Part shown: piece after piece, positions 8,524 through 18,011 of the stretch
Layout of the letters: the number at the start of each line of letters is the position of its first letter
Position numbering within the stretch: the stretch's first letter is position 1
Notes under the pieces: model-generated
Told to the model about the DNA's origin: nothing
The model's database searches: none
The model's input: the letters and a program-made list of their open reading frames with translations, nothing else
Assembly: GCA_963703955.1 (NCBI GenBank)
Contig: CAVPGK010000012.1
Coordinates: forward strand, 128,001 to 192,000
Direction: 5' to 3'
Origin: Nitrospirota bacterium
GTDB lineage: Bacteria; Nitrospirota; Nitrospiria; Nitrospirales; Nitrospiraceae
DNA length: 64,000 bases
Position numbers and translations under genes: made by a program

Positions 8524-11500
8524 GGGCCACCATATCCTTCCGGGCCCGTCCCTTGGCCACCGCGGCTTTGCTCTCAGCCAGCACCCGCTTGTAATCGATC
8601 GGCATGACCTTCACGAATTTCGGCAGCATTGTCTTCCAGTGATCGAGCACTGTCTTCGCCTTGCGACTCCCCGTATATTGGAGATGAGACTCGATCAGTT
8701 CCGCAAGAGCGTTCTTGTCCTTCGGCAGTGGAGACCTTTTCCAGTTCGACCATCCCCAGGTTGCAGCGTTGTTCGAACTTGCCGTCCTCGTTGAAAACAA
8801 ACGCGATGCCGCCTGACATCCCGGCCGCGAAATTGCGCCCGGTCTTGCCGAGGACGACGACCACGACTCCGCCCGTCATGTATTCGCAGCCGTGATCGCC
8901 GGTGCCTTCGATGACCGCGCGCACGCCCGCTGTTGCGAACCGCGAACCGTTCGCCTGCCATGCCGTAGAAGTAGGCCTCACCTTGCGTCGCACCGTACAG
9001 TGAGGTGTTGCCGATCAGAATGGTGTCCTCGGGGACTGAATGTGGAGCCCTTCGGCGGGTACCACGATGATCCTTCCGCCGGAGAGCCCCTTGCCCAGGT
9101 AGTCGTTGGACTCTCCTTCCAGGGTCAGCGTGACGCCTCTGGCGAGAAACGCGCCGAACGACTGACCTGCGGATCCGGTGAACTTGATGTGATCGTATCC
9201 GACGGGAGCCCCTCGAGCCCATACCGCTCTGGCAATATGACTGGACAGGACTGTCCCCACTGGTGCGGTTGATATTGCGGATCGGTAGATCCAGCCGCCA
9301 CCGGCTTTGGCCTCGGTCAAGGGCCGATCGCGCAGAGTTCGACAAGCTTATAATCCAGAGCCTCGTGCCAGACCGTGGTCCTGCTTCTCGACGCAGTGCG
9401 TGGCGACCTCGGGGCCGACGTTCGGCTGTGCAGGAGCGGAGACAGATCCAGTCCCTTCGCCTTCCAGTGATCGACGGCCTTCTGCGCCTTGAGTTTGTCG
9501 ACACGCCCGATCATCTCGTCGAGTTTACGGAAGCCTAGTCGTGGCCATCAGCTCGCGCACTTCTTCGGCGACAAAAAAGAAATAGTTGACGACGTGCTCC
9601 GGCTGGCCGGTGAACTTCTTTCGCGAGGACAGGGTCCTGCGTGGCGATGCCGACCGGGCAGGTGTTCAGATGGCATTTGCGCATCATGATGCAGCCTTCA
9701 ACGATCAGCGGCGCGGTCGAAAAGCCGAATTCCTCGGCGCCGAGGAGCGCGGCGATGACCACGTCGCGGCCGGTCTTCATCTGCCCGTCGGTCTCGACGC
9801 GGATGCGCCCGCGCAGATTATTCAGGACCAGGGTCTGCTGCGTTTCGGCCAAGTCCCAACTCCCACGGAATGCCGGCATACTTGATGGAGGAGAGCGGAG
9901 AAGCGCCGGTCCCGCCGGAGTCGCCGCTGATCAGAATCTTGTCGGCATGGGCTTTGGCCACGCCGGCGGCCACCGTCCCGACGCCGACTTCGGCCACGAG
10001 CTTCACCGAGATGTCCGCCTCGGGGTTCGCGTTCTTCAGGTCAAAGATCAGCTGGGCCAGGTCTTCGATCGAATAGATGTCGTGATGAGGCGGCGGTGAG
10101 ATGAGCTGAACGCCGGGAGTCGAATACCGGAGTCGGGCGATGGTCTCGTCCACCTTGTGGCCGGGCAGTTGTCCGCCCTCGCCCGGCTTGGCGCCCTGGG
10201 CCATCTTGATCTGGAGTTCCCTCGCGTTGACCAGGTAATGAGTCGTGACGCCGAAGCGGGCCGAGGCGACCTGCTTGATCGCGCTGTTCTTGGAATCGCC
10301 GTTGGGCAGGGGAATGAAGCGCTCCGGGTCCTCGCCGCCTTCGCCCGTGTTGCTTTTGCCGCCGATCCGGTTCATCGCGATCGCCAGCGTTTCGTGGGCC
10401 TCTTTGCTGATGCGCGCCGAACGACATCGCCCCGGTGGTGAACCGCTTGACGATCTCGGTGCCGGCTCGACCTCGTCGAGCGGAATCGGTGTTCGGCGAA
10501 CCGTGAAGCTCGAGCAGTCCCGCGCAGATTCGGACGCGACGCTTGCTCTCGTCGTTGACCAATGCCGCAAATTCCTTGTAGGTCTTCGGGTCGTTCGCTT
10601 GGGCGGCGTGCTGGAGCTTCGAAGATCGTCTCCGGGTTCCAGTTGTGGTGCTCGCCCTGGACGCGGTAATGGAATTCCCCGCCGAAGTCGAGCTGCCGGA
10701 TCGGAGCCGGATCGATAGGCCATCGCGTGACGGCGCAGGGTCTCCTCGCCGATCTCGTCGATCCCGATCCCCTCGATGCGGGACGGCGTGCCGGTGAAGT
10801 AGCGGTCGATCAGATCATGGTTCAGCCCGATCGCCTCGAAGATCTGCGCGCCGCAGTAGGACTGCACCGTGGAGATGCCCATCTTCGAAAAGATCTTCAG
10901 CAGACCCTTGTTGATGGCCTTGATGAACTTCGACCTCGGCCGTGGCGGCATCGACGCCTTCGGGCAGGTATCCTTCTCGCTCCATGTCGATCAGCGTCTC
11001 GAACACCAGATACGGATTGATGGTTCCGGCGCCGTAGCCGATCAAGGCGGCGAAATGATGGACATCGCGTGGCTCCCCGGTTTCGACGATCAGTCCCACT
11101 TCCGTGCGCGTGCACTCACGGATGAGATGGTGGTGTACGGCCGAGATGCCGAGCAGGCTCGGAATCGGCGCCCATTCTTCATTGACGCCTCGGTCGCTGA
11201 GGATCAGGAACTTATAGCCGTCCTTGATGGCCTCGGAGGCCTGCCGGCAGAGTTCATCGACGGCCGCCTTCAACCCGTCCGGTCCTTCGGCCACGCGGAA
11301 CAGCATCCGCAGGGTCTTGCTCTTGAAATGCGGATCGGCGATCACGCGGATTTTTTCGAGATCCGCATTGGTCAGGATCGGCTGCTGCACCTTGATCCGG
11401 CGGCAGGATTCCGGCGCTCTCTTCCATGACGTTCGGCTTCGGACCGATGTTCGTCACAAGCGACATCACCAATTGCTCGCGGATCGGATCGATCGGCGGG

Positions 11501-13083
11501 TTGGTGACCTGCGCGAAGAGTTGCTTGAAGTACTTGAACAGGAGCTGAGGCCGATCGGATAGCACCGCGAGCGGAGTATCGGTCCCCATGGACGAGACCG
11601 GTTCCTCGCCTGTCACGACCATCGGGGTGACGACCATCTTCAGCTCTTCGACCGTGTAGCCGAACGCTTGCTGGCGCTGGCGGATCGTCGGATGATCCGG
11701 CTGCGGTACGTTGAGCGGTTCCGGCAGCTCATCAAGGGACATGCCATACTGCCTGACCCACGCTCCGTAGGGCTTCTGCTTGACGATTTCGGCCTTGATC
11801 TCCTCGTCATCGATGATCCGGCCCTGGACCGTGTCCACAAGGAACATGCGCCCGGGTTGGAGGCGGCCTTTTTGGCGGATGCTTTGAACATCAGCCGGCA
11901 GCACCCCGGCCTCGGACGCAAGCACCACGAGATCGTCGGTCGTCACCTGATATCGACAGGGACGTAGGCCGTTCCGATCGAGCGTCGCACCGATGAGCTT
12001 GCCGTCGGTAAAACAGACGGCCGCCGGACCATCCCACGGCTCCATCATCGCCGCGTGGTACTGGTAGAATCCGCGCCGTTGCAAGTCCATCTGCGGATTG
12101 GCGACCCAAGGCTCTGGAATCAACATCATCATGGCGTGCGGCAGCGAACGGCCACCAAGTACGAGAAACTCGAGCGCATTATCGAGGCAGGCCGAATCGC
12201 TCTGCCGGTCATAGACGATCGGAAAGAGCTTCGGGATATCGTCACCGAACAGGTCGGACTGCAGACGGCCCTGCCGCGCCCGCATCCAGTTGACGTTGCC
12301 CTTCAGCGTATTAATCTCGCCGTTGTGGCAGATGTACCGGTACGGATGCGCCAGCGGCCAGGTGGGAAAGGTGTTGGTGCTGAACCGCGAATGGACGAGG
12401 GCCAGCGCGCTGGTCACACTGGATTCTTTGAGATCCAGATAGTACGCCGACATCTGGCTCGGCAGCAGCAATCCCTTGTAGACGATGGTCTGGCCGGACA
12501 GGCTGGGAATGTAGAAATGCTCGCGCCCTTCGATGGCCGATTCGCGGACGGCCCGCTCGGCGCGCTTGCGGATTACGTAGAGCTTTCTTTCGAACTGGTC
12601 TTCATTCAGGATATCGCGGGCGATGAAGAGTTGCCGAATGACCGGTTCCGTCCGGCGAGCCTGTACACCGATCGCGTCGCTGTTGACCGGCACGTCCCGC
12701 CATCCGAGAAACCGGGCCCGTTCTTCGGCAACCACTTTTTCCAGGAGCGTCTCGCACGATTTTCGCTGAGCCGTGTCCCTGGGCAGGAACGCCATGCCGA
12801 CGCCGTACTCTCCCGCATTTGGCAATTTGACGCGCACACTCGCCGCCGCGCGCTTGAGAAAGTCATGTGGAACCTGAAAGAGAATACCGGCACCGTCCCC
12901 TGTACAGGGATCGCATCCTTGGGCGCCGCGATGGAACAGATTCTCCAACACCTGGAGACCTTGCTGGACGATGCGGTGGGACTTTCGGCCTTGAATATTG
13001 ACCACAAAGCCGATGCCGCAGTTGTCCTTTTCAAATTGAGGGTCGTAGAGTCCCTGTTTCGGAGGAAGGCCCGGAACGTCCAT
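8516..13083 (-). CDS. gltB: Glutamate synthase large subunit, interrupted by many indels in its 3' two-thirds
   Basis: N-terminal propeptide + [69 protein letters not shown] and FVKVMP are spread over multiple frames. Confidence 0.95.
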
Positions 13084-13164
13084 CTCGCACCTGTTCAACT
13101 AGTTGTGAAACCGACGGTTTCGGCCGAACGAAATCGGAGAGGAAGACCGCGTCGTTGAACGGTC

Positions 13165-13194
13165 ACGATACTGGATGCCGCCTTCTTCTGTCAA
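13165..13194 (-). promoter_or_regulatory. Putative sigma70 promoter for gltBD
   Basis: TTGACA (13194-13189), 18-nt spacer, TATCGT (13170-13165), ~80 bp upstream of gltB. Confidence 0.55.
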
Positions 13195-13229
13195 CAAGAA
13201 GAGTACCATTCGGGGCAGACGCTCCTTTT

Positions 13230-13632
13230 CCTTTTTCACTCACCCACCTCGCGCCTCTGTAGCCGCGAAGTCACGGCTGAGCGGCGTTCAAATAGCGCCC
13301 TGTTCACTATTCTCACCCGCCGCGCCGGGCGATTAATGTCACCCGCTATTTCACCCTCCCAATCCCCATCCGCGCCGAGACGCAGCTTCTTCCCATGGCC
13401 CGAGCTGGCCAAGACCAGCTCTCTTGCCAATTTCACCCACCCGGCCCCAAGCGTCATTCCCCCACCCACCCCACGCCTGCCAAGACAGGCTCTTTGACCG
13501 TGGGACGCGCTCCTTCCCGAAGGACGCGCCCTTTTCTTTTTTCACCCGCCCACCCCGGGCGCCATTCTCACCCACCCACCCCGAGCTGGCCAAGACCAGC
13601 TCTCTTCCCGTGGCACGCGCCCTTTGCCCGGT
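13230..13632 (+). repeat. Array of C-rich CCAAGA-hairpin repeat modules (array 2)
   Basis: TCACCC(G/A)CCC(A/G)CCCC-type leaders and hairpins GAGCTGG-CCAAGA-CCAGCTC (13402-13421, 13583-13602) and GCCTG-CCAAGA-CAGGC (13475-13490). Shares blocks with array 1. Confidence 0.92.
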
Positions 13633-13635
13633 AGC

Positions 13636-13665
13636 TTGACATTAAAGTCGCGGCTGACCTAGTAT
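13636..13665 (+). promoter_or_regulatory. Putative sigma70 promoter for the polyprenyl synthase gene
   Basis: TTGACA (13636-13641), 18-nt spacer, TAGTAT (13660-13665), directly after array 2. Confidence 0.65.
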
Positions 13666-13671
13666 CCCCGC

Positions 13672-14676
13672 ATGCAAGAAGGACCGATGACCTCTTCCAT
13701 TCAGACCATGGCGGACGTCTGGGACGCCTATCGTGGGGAACTGGAAGGGGTCGAAGATCAGGTCCGAAAAAATCTCGATTCCTCAGTGGCGCTGGTCAAC
13801 ACCGTAGCCGCCCACATCCTCAGCAGCGGAGGCAAGCGTATTCGCCCCTTGCTGCTGCTCCTCTCAGCCCGTCTCTGCGGTTACTCCGGGCAGGAAGATT
13901 TGCTCCTGGGAAGCCTCGTCGAGTTTATCCACACTGCCACGCTTCTCCATGATGATGTGGTCGACGAGGCAGATCTTCGGCGCGGCCGGCGGACCGCCCG
14001 GAGGGTGTGGGGAAACCAGATCAGCATCCTGGTCGGTGATTATCTCTATTCGAAAGCCATCTGCCAAATCGTGGGGTTTCGGAGCCAAGGCATCAATGAA
14101 GTCCTGTCGGAAGCCTGTCGAAAGATGGCGGAAGGTGAGGTTCTCCAACTCTATTACAACGGCAATCCTTCGATCACGGAAGCCGAATACCTTCGCATCA
14201 TCGAACACAAGACGGCGGGATTGATCGCCGCCTCCTGTCGAATCGGTGCCATCATCGCGAACGCCTCCCCCGACAGGCAGACCGCCCTCTTCCGCTTCGG
14301 ACAACACATCGGCGTCGCGTTTCAGTTGGTCGACGATACCCTTGACTACGTCGCCAATGGGGATCGACTTGGAAAGACTCTCGGGCAGGACCTCCGACAG
14401 GGAAAGGCCACGCTTCCGCTCCTGCATCTCCTGCACCATTGTTCGGACTACGACAAGCAGATGATCAAAGACCGCATGGAGACCCGCACACTGACCGAAG
14501 CGGATCTTCTGCGGATCATCAACCTGATGCAGGAGTATGGGTCCATCAGCTACGCCATGGAGCGTGCCCGAACGTTTGTGCTTGCGGCCAACCTGGCTCT
14601 TGCCTCATTCGTGGAGTCTTCGCCGAAGAGAGCCCTCACCATTGTGGCAGACTATATGGTCAATCGGGACCGTTGA
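13672..14676 (+). CDS. Polyprenyl (octaprenyl-like) diphosphate synthase
   Basis: GGKRIRP, HDDVVD..RRG, KTA, FQLVDD and GK..GQDLRQGK motifs. Alternative start at 13687. Confidence 0.93.
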   Translation: MQEGPMTSSIQTMADVWDAYRGELEGVEDQVRKNLDSSVALVNTVAAHILSSGGKRIRPLLLLLSARLCGYSGQEDLLLGSLVEFIHTATLLHDDVVDEADLRRGRRTARRVWGNQISILVGDYLYSKAICQIVGFRSQGINEVLSEACRKMAEGEVLQLYYNGNPSITEAEYLRIIEHKTAGLIAASCRIGAIIANASPDRQTALFRFGQHIGVAFQLVDDTLDYVANGDRLGKTLGQDLRQGKATLPLLHLLHHCSDYDKQMIKDRMETRTLTEADLLRIINLMQEYGSISYAMERARTFVLAANLALASFVESSPKRALTIVADYMVNRDR

Positions 14677-14850
14677 CTTCGCAGGCCGCTGAAAATGGTC
14701 CCCAACTTCGTTCTCAGTCGCGCGTCCCCCTCAACGTACGTGCCCTGTACGCCTCGGGGTCCACGCTCTCTGCGGCCTCGCTGCGAATCATTTTGAGCGG
14801 CGTGCCAAGGGATAGCCATCCGATTTGTTTCTCCAACTCCATGGGGCATC

Positions 14851-16194
14851 ATGGCGAATCTGATTCCATTCCGAGGCGTGCTGTACGATGCGGCGGTGGT
14901 GAAGGACATTGCAAACGTGGTGGCCCCTCCCTACGACGTGATCGATTCCGACTATCAACACACCTTGCATGCGCGCCATCCGTACAATGTCATCCGTCTC
15001 GAGCTGGGGTTGGATCAGCCGAATGACGGACCGTCGCACAATCGGTACACGCGTGCTGCGGATCTGCTGAGTGCCTGGATGAAGAGCGGGGCGCTCCGGC
15101 GCGATGCCGAGCCGGCCATATACCTCTACACCATCGAGTACCGGCCGCCGTCCACGGGAAAGGAGTCCGACCAGACCTCCACGAAGACTCTCAAAGGTTT
15201 TCTCTGCACTGTCGAATTGGAAGAGTTCGGGACCGGCCGCATATTTCCTCACGAGAACACCCGGTCCGCAGCCAAGGCCGACCGTCTGGAACTGCTCAAG
15301 GCCTGCCGTTCCAATTTCAGCCCGATCTTTTCGCTCTTTTCGGACCCCGAAGGAACCGTCTTGCGATTATTGGAGAAATCGATCAATGCCGATAAGCCCC
15401 ATATCGATTTTCGCGACGACTCCGCATTTCGTCAGCGGCTCTGGGCCATCACCGACCCGCAGGTACTTCGCGAGATCGTCGCCGCCATGAAGCCGAAGCC
15501 GCTCTTCATCGCCGACGGCCATCATCGGTATGAAACCGCCCTCGCGTATCGAAAGCTGAGACGGGACGACCCCGGCGGAGAGATAAGTTCAAGCGGAAGT
15601 CCCCGGCCCTATGACCAGGTGCTCATGCTGTTTGCAAGTCTCGAAGATCCCGGACTGACTGTCCTGCCGACGCACCGCGTGCTCTCCGCGCCCATACCGG
15701 CGGTCAGTGATATCAAGCAACATCTGCGCGACCCGTTCGAGACCGAGGAATTTGCCTTTGACGGTCGGTCGGAGGCACAGACGCGCGCGCGCTTTCTCAA
15801 AAGTCTGCGGCTTCAAGGACAGACTGGACCGGCCTTCGGCCTCGCGGTGCGAGGGACGGACGCGTACTTTGTGTTGGCCTTGCGCCCCAGTCACCGACCG
15901 AAGGCGGGGGCGTCCGAGCGAGACAAGTTGGACGTCTCCATCCTGCAAGCCCAGGTTCTTCAAACGCTCTGCCCGACGCCGGCCGAGCAGGAAGCGATTG
16001 TCTATACCAAGGACGACGATGAAGCCCTCGACCTTGTACGACGCGGTAACGCACAGGCTGCGTTGCTGCTCAATCCGACGAAGGTCAGCGAAGTCCGGGC
16101 GGTCGCGGCCTCCGGCGGCAGAATGCCGCATAAGTCCACATATTTCTTTCCCAAGCCGCTCACGGGGCTGGTGTTGAATGTCATGGAAGCGTGA
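14851..16194 (+). CDS. DUF1015 family protein
   Basis: APPYDVI, PHE.T, IADGHHRYETA and MPHKSTYF.PK motifs. Confidence 0.9.
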   Translation: MANLIPFRGVLYDAAVVKDIANVVAPPYDVIDSDYQHTLHARHPYNVIRLELGLDQPNDGPSHNRYTRAADLLSAWMKSGALRRDAEPAIYLYTIEYRPPSTGKESDQTSTKTLKGFLCTVELEEFGTGRIFPHENTRSAAKADRLELLKACRSNFSPIFSLFSDPEGTVLRLLEKSINADKPHIDFRDDSAFRQRLWAITDPQVLREIVAAMKPKPLFIADGHHRYETALAYRKLRRDDPGGEISSSGSPRPYDQVLMLFASLEDPGLTVLPTHRVLSAPIPAVSDIKQHLRDPFETEEFAFDGRSEAQTRARFLKSLRLQGQTGPAFGLAVRGTDAYFVLALRPSHRPKAGASERDKLDVSILQAQVLQTLCPTPAEQEAIVYTKDDDEALDLVRRGNAQAALLLNPTKVSEVRAVAASGGRMPHKSTYFFPKPLTGLVLNVMEA

Positions 16195-16218
16195 CGAGAA
16201 GGGGTGAGGAGTAGCGCC

Positions 16219-17616
16219 ATGAAGCAGAAAATTCTCGTGGTGGACGACGATCCTGATATCGTCATGACGCTCACAGATCGTCTCAACTCCCTCGACTACG
16301 ACACCTTGACCGCAAGCGACGGGATGGCGGCCCTGCAGACGATCGAGCGTGAGACTCCCAGCCTGATGCTCCTGGATCTGGAAATGCCGCGGCTGTCGGG
16401 GCTCGAACTCTTGAAGAAACTCTCACAGGGGAGACAGAGTGCCCGCGATGGGTACGATCTTCCCGTCATTGTGATGACCGCGCACGGAACCATCGGCAAA
16501 GCGGTGGAAGCGATGAAGGAGGGCGCTCATGACTTCTTGACCAAGCCCTTCGATGTGGACCACTTATCGATCACGATCAAGAAGGCGCTGGAGCGGGAAT
16601 CCCTCAAACGCCATGTGGCCATTCTGCGCACGGAGGTCGAGACACGATACGCGACTATTATCGGCAAGAGCGCGAAGACCCAGTCCATGATCGAGTTAGC
16701 GCGACGGGCGGCCAATTCCGACGCCAGCGTCCTGCTGTTGGGAGAAAGCGGAACCGGAAAGGAGCTGTTTGCGCGCTCCATCCACCAGTGGAGCCCCCGA
16801 CACACCGCGCCGTTCGTCGTCATTAACTGCGTGGCCCTCACGGACACCTTGCTGGAAAACGAGCTCTTCGGGCACGAGAAGGGCGCGTTCACGGGCGCGG
16901 ACCGTCTGGAAAAAGGCAAGATCGAGATGGCGGACGGCGGCACGATTTTTTTGGACGAGATCGGGGACATGCCGCAAGGCTTGCAGGCGAAACTGCTGCG
17001 CATCCTACAGGATCATGAATTCACGAGGGTCGGGGGAACCCGCCTGGTGCGGGTCAACATCCGCGTAATCGCCGCCACCAATAGGGACCTGAAACAAGCC
17101 GTGAAGGCGGGAGCCTTTCGCGAAGATCTCTACTTCCGCCTCAATGTGGTCAACATCACGCTGCCTCCGCTTCGGGAACGGGCCGACGATATCCCGCAAC
17201 TAGCCGAGTTCTTCCTGAAACGGCACGCTCACGACGCCAAGAGACCTCATGTATCCCTCACGCCGGACGCGATGGAGGCGTTGAGCCGCTATCCCTGGCC
17301 GGGGAATATTCGTGAGCTGGATAACATCCTCGCGCGCGCCGTGATCCTGAGCCCCCACGATGAGATCGGAGTCGAACAGTTACCGCTCGCGACGGCTGAG
17401 ATGGCTGCGGACGGGGAGTCGGTAGCAGGATCTCAGCAACTGCCTTACCATGAGTCGATGGAGCAATACAGCCGCATGATCATCTTGCGGGCGCTCCGAA
17501 TCGCCAACGGCAGCCAAACCAAGGCGGCCGAGCAGCTCCAACTCCAGCGCACCTACCTGGCCCGCCTGATCCGGCAGAAGAAAATCGACGTCGAACCCGA
17601 ACCTCCAACCGGCTAA
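16219..17616 (+). CDS. Sigma54-dependent response regulator (NtrC/AtoC family)
   Basis: Receiver domain (VVDDD, LLDLEMP, KPF), AAA+ domain (GESGTGKE, GAFTGA, FLDEIG, WPGNIREL) and a C-terminal Fis-type HTH. Confidence 0.95.
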   Translation: MKQKILVVDDDPDIVMTLTDRLNSLDYDTLTASDGMAALQTIERETPSLMLLDLEMPRLSGLELLKKLSQGRQSARDGYDLPVIVMTAHGTIGKAVEAMKEGAHDFLTKPFDVDHLSITIKKALERESLKRHVAILRTEVETRYATIIGKSAKTQSMIELARRAANSDASVLLLGESGTGKELFARSIHQWSPRHTAPFVVINCVALTDTLLENELFGHEKGAFTGADRLEKGKIEMADGGTIFLDEIGDMPQGLQAKLLRILQDHEFTRVGGTRLVRVNIRVIAATNRDLKQAVKAGAFREDLYFRLNVVNITLPPLRERADDIPQLAEFFLKRHAHDAKRPHVSLTPDAMEALSRYPWPGNIRELDNILARAVILSPHDEIGVEQLPLATAEMAADGESVAGSQQLPYHESMEQYSRMIILRALRIANGSQTKAAEQLQLQRTYLARLIRQKKIDVEPEPPTG

Positions 17617-17734
17617 GAATGTGCCTGCCGGGGGCGTTCTCAGTGCGTGCGAGATACGAGAACTCCTCCGCTGCCCATTCTTTCCGGCTAGTATTGCTGC
17701 CTACTCGTGCGATGCTGCCGGCATTCCTCTGGCG

Positions 17735-17938
17735 TCAATTGCCGAGCCGCTGCTTGGCTAATTCGAGAAGCTCGTCAAGAGACCCGCACAGTTCACACCG
17801 AAACACCCGCGCCGTCCGATCGTCACTCGCCGTCACCACCCAGCGCCCATCCGGACTGAATGCCGCCCGCCTCACGCCGCCGGTGTGGCCGCGCAGCACC
17901 GCGACCTCCTTCCCCGTGGCCGCCTCTCACACTCGTGC
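17735..17938 (-). pseudogene. 3'-terminal remnant of a WD40-repeat protein gene
   Basis: Manual translation ARV*EAATGKEVAVLRGHTGGVRRAAFSPDGRWVVTASDDRTARVFRCELCGSLDELLELAKQRLGN*. There is a TGA where the WD Trp is expected and no start codon. Confidence 0.8.
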
Positions 17939-18011
17939 GCATTATAGGCTCTTGACTGGGTTGATTTTGGCCTTGGCCATGTTAGTAAGATAGGATAGCT
18001 GGGGTGGAAGC

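Noticed and set aside
7084..13083. Programmed frameshifting or true pseudogenisation of gltBD
   Set aside because: Too many irregular shifts with intact motifs; assembly indels are more parsimonious.
13611..13627. Sigma54-like TGGCAC...TTGC site
   Set aside because: GG-to-GC spacing is 2 nt too long for a -24/-12 promoter, and the sequence is part of a repeat module.
13236..13639. Several 70-80 aa ORFs across array 2
   Set aside because: Low-complexity translations of the repeat that lie upstream of both predicted promoters.
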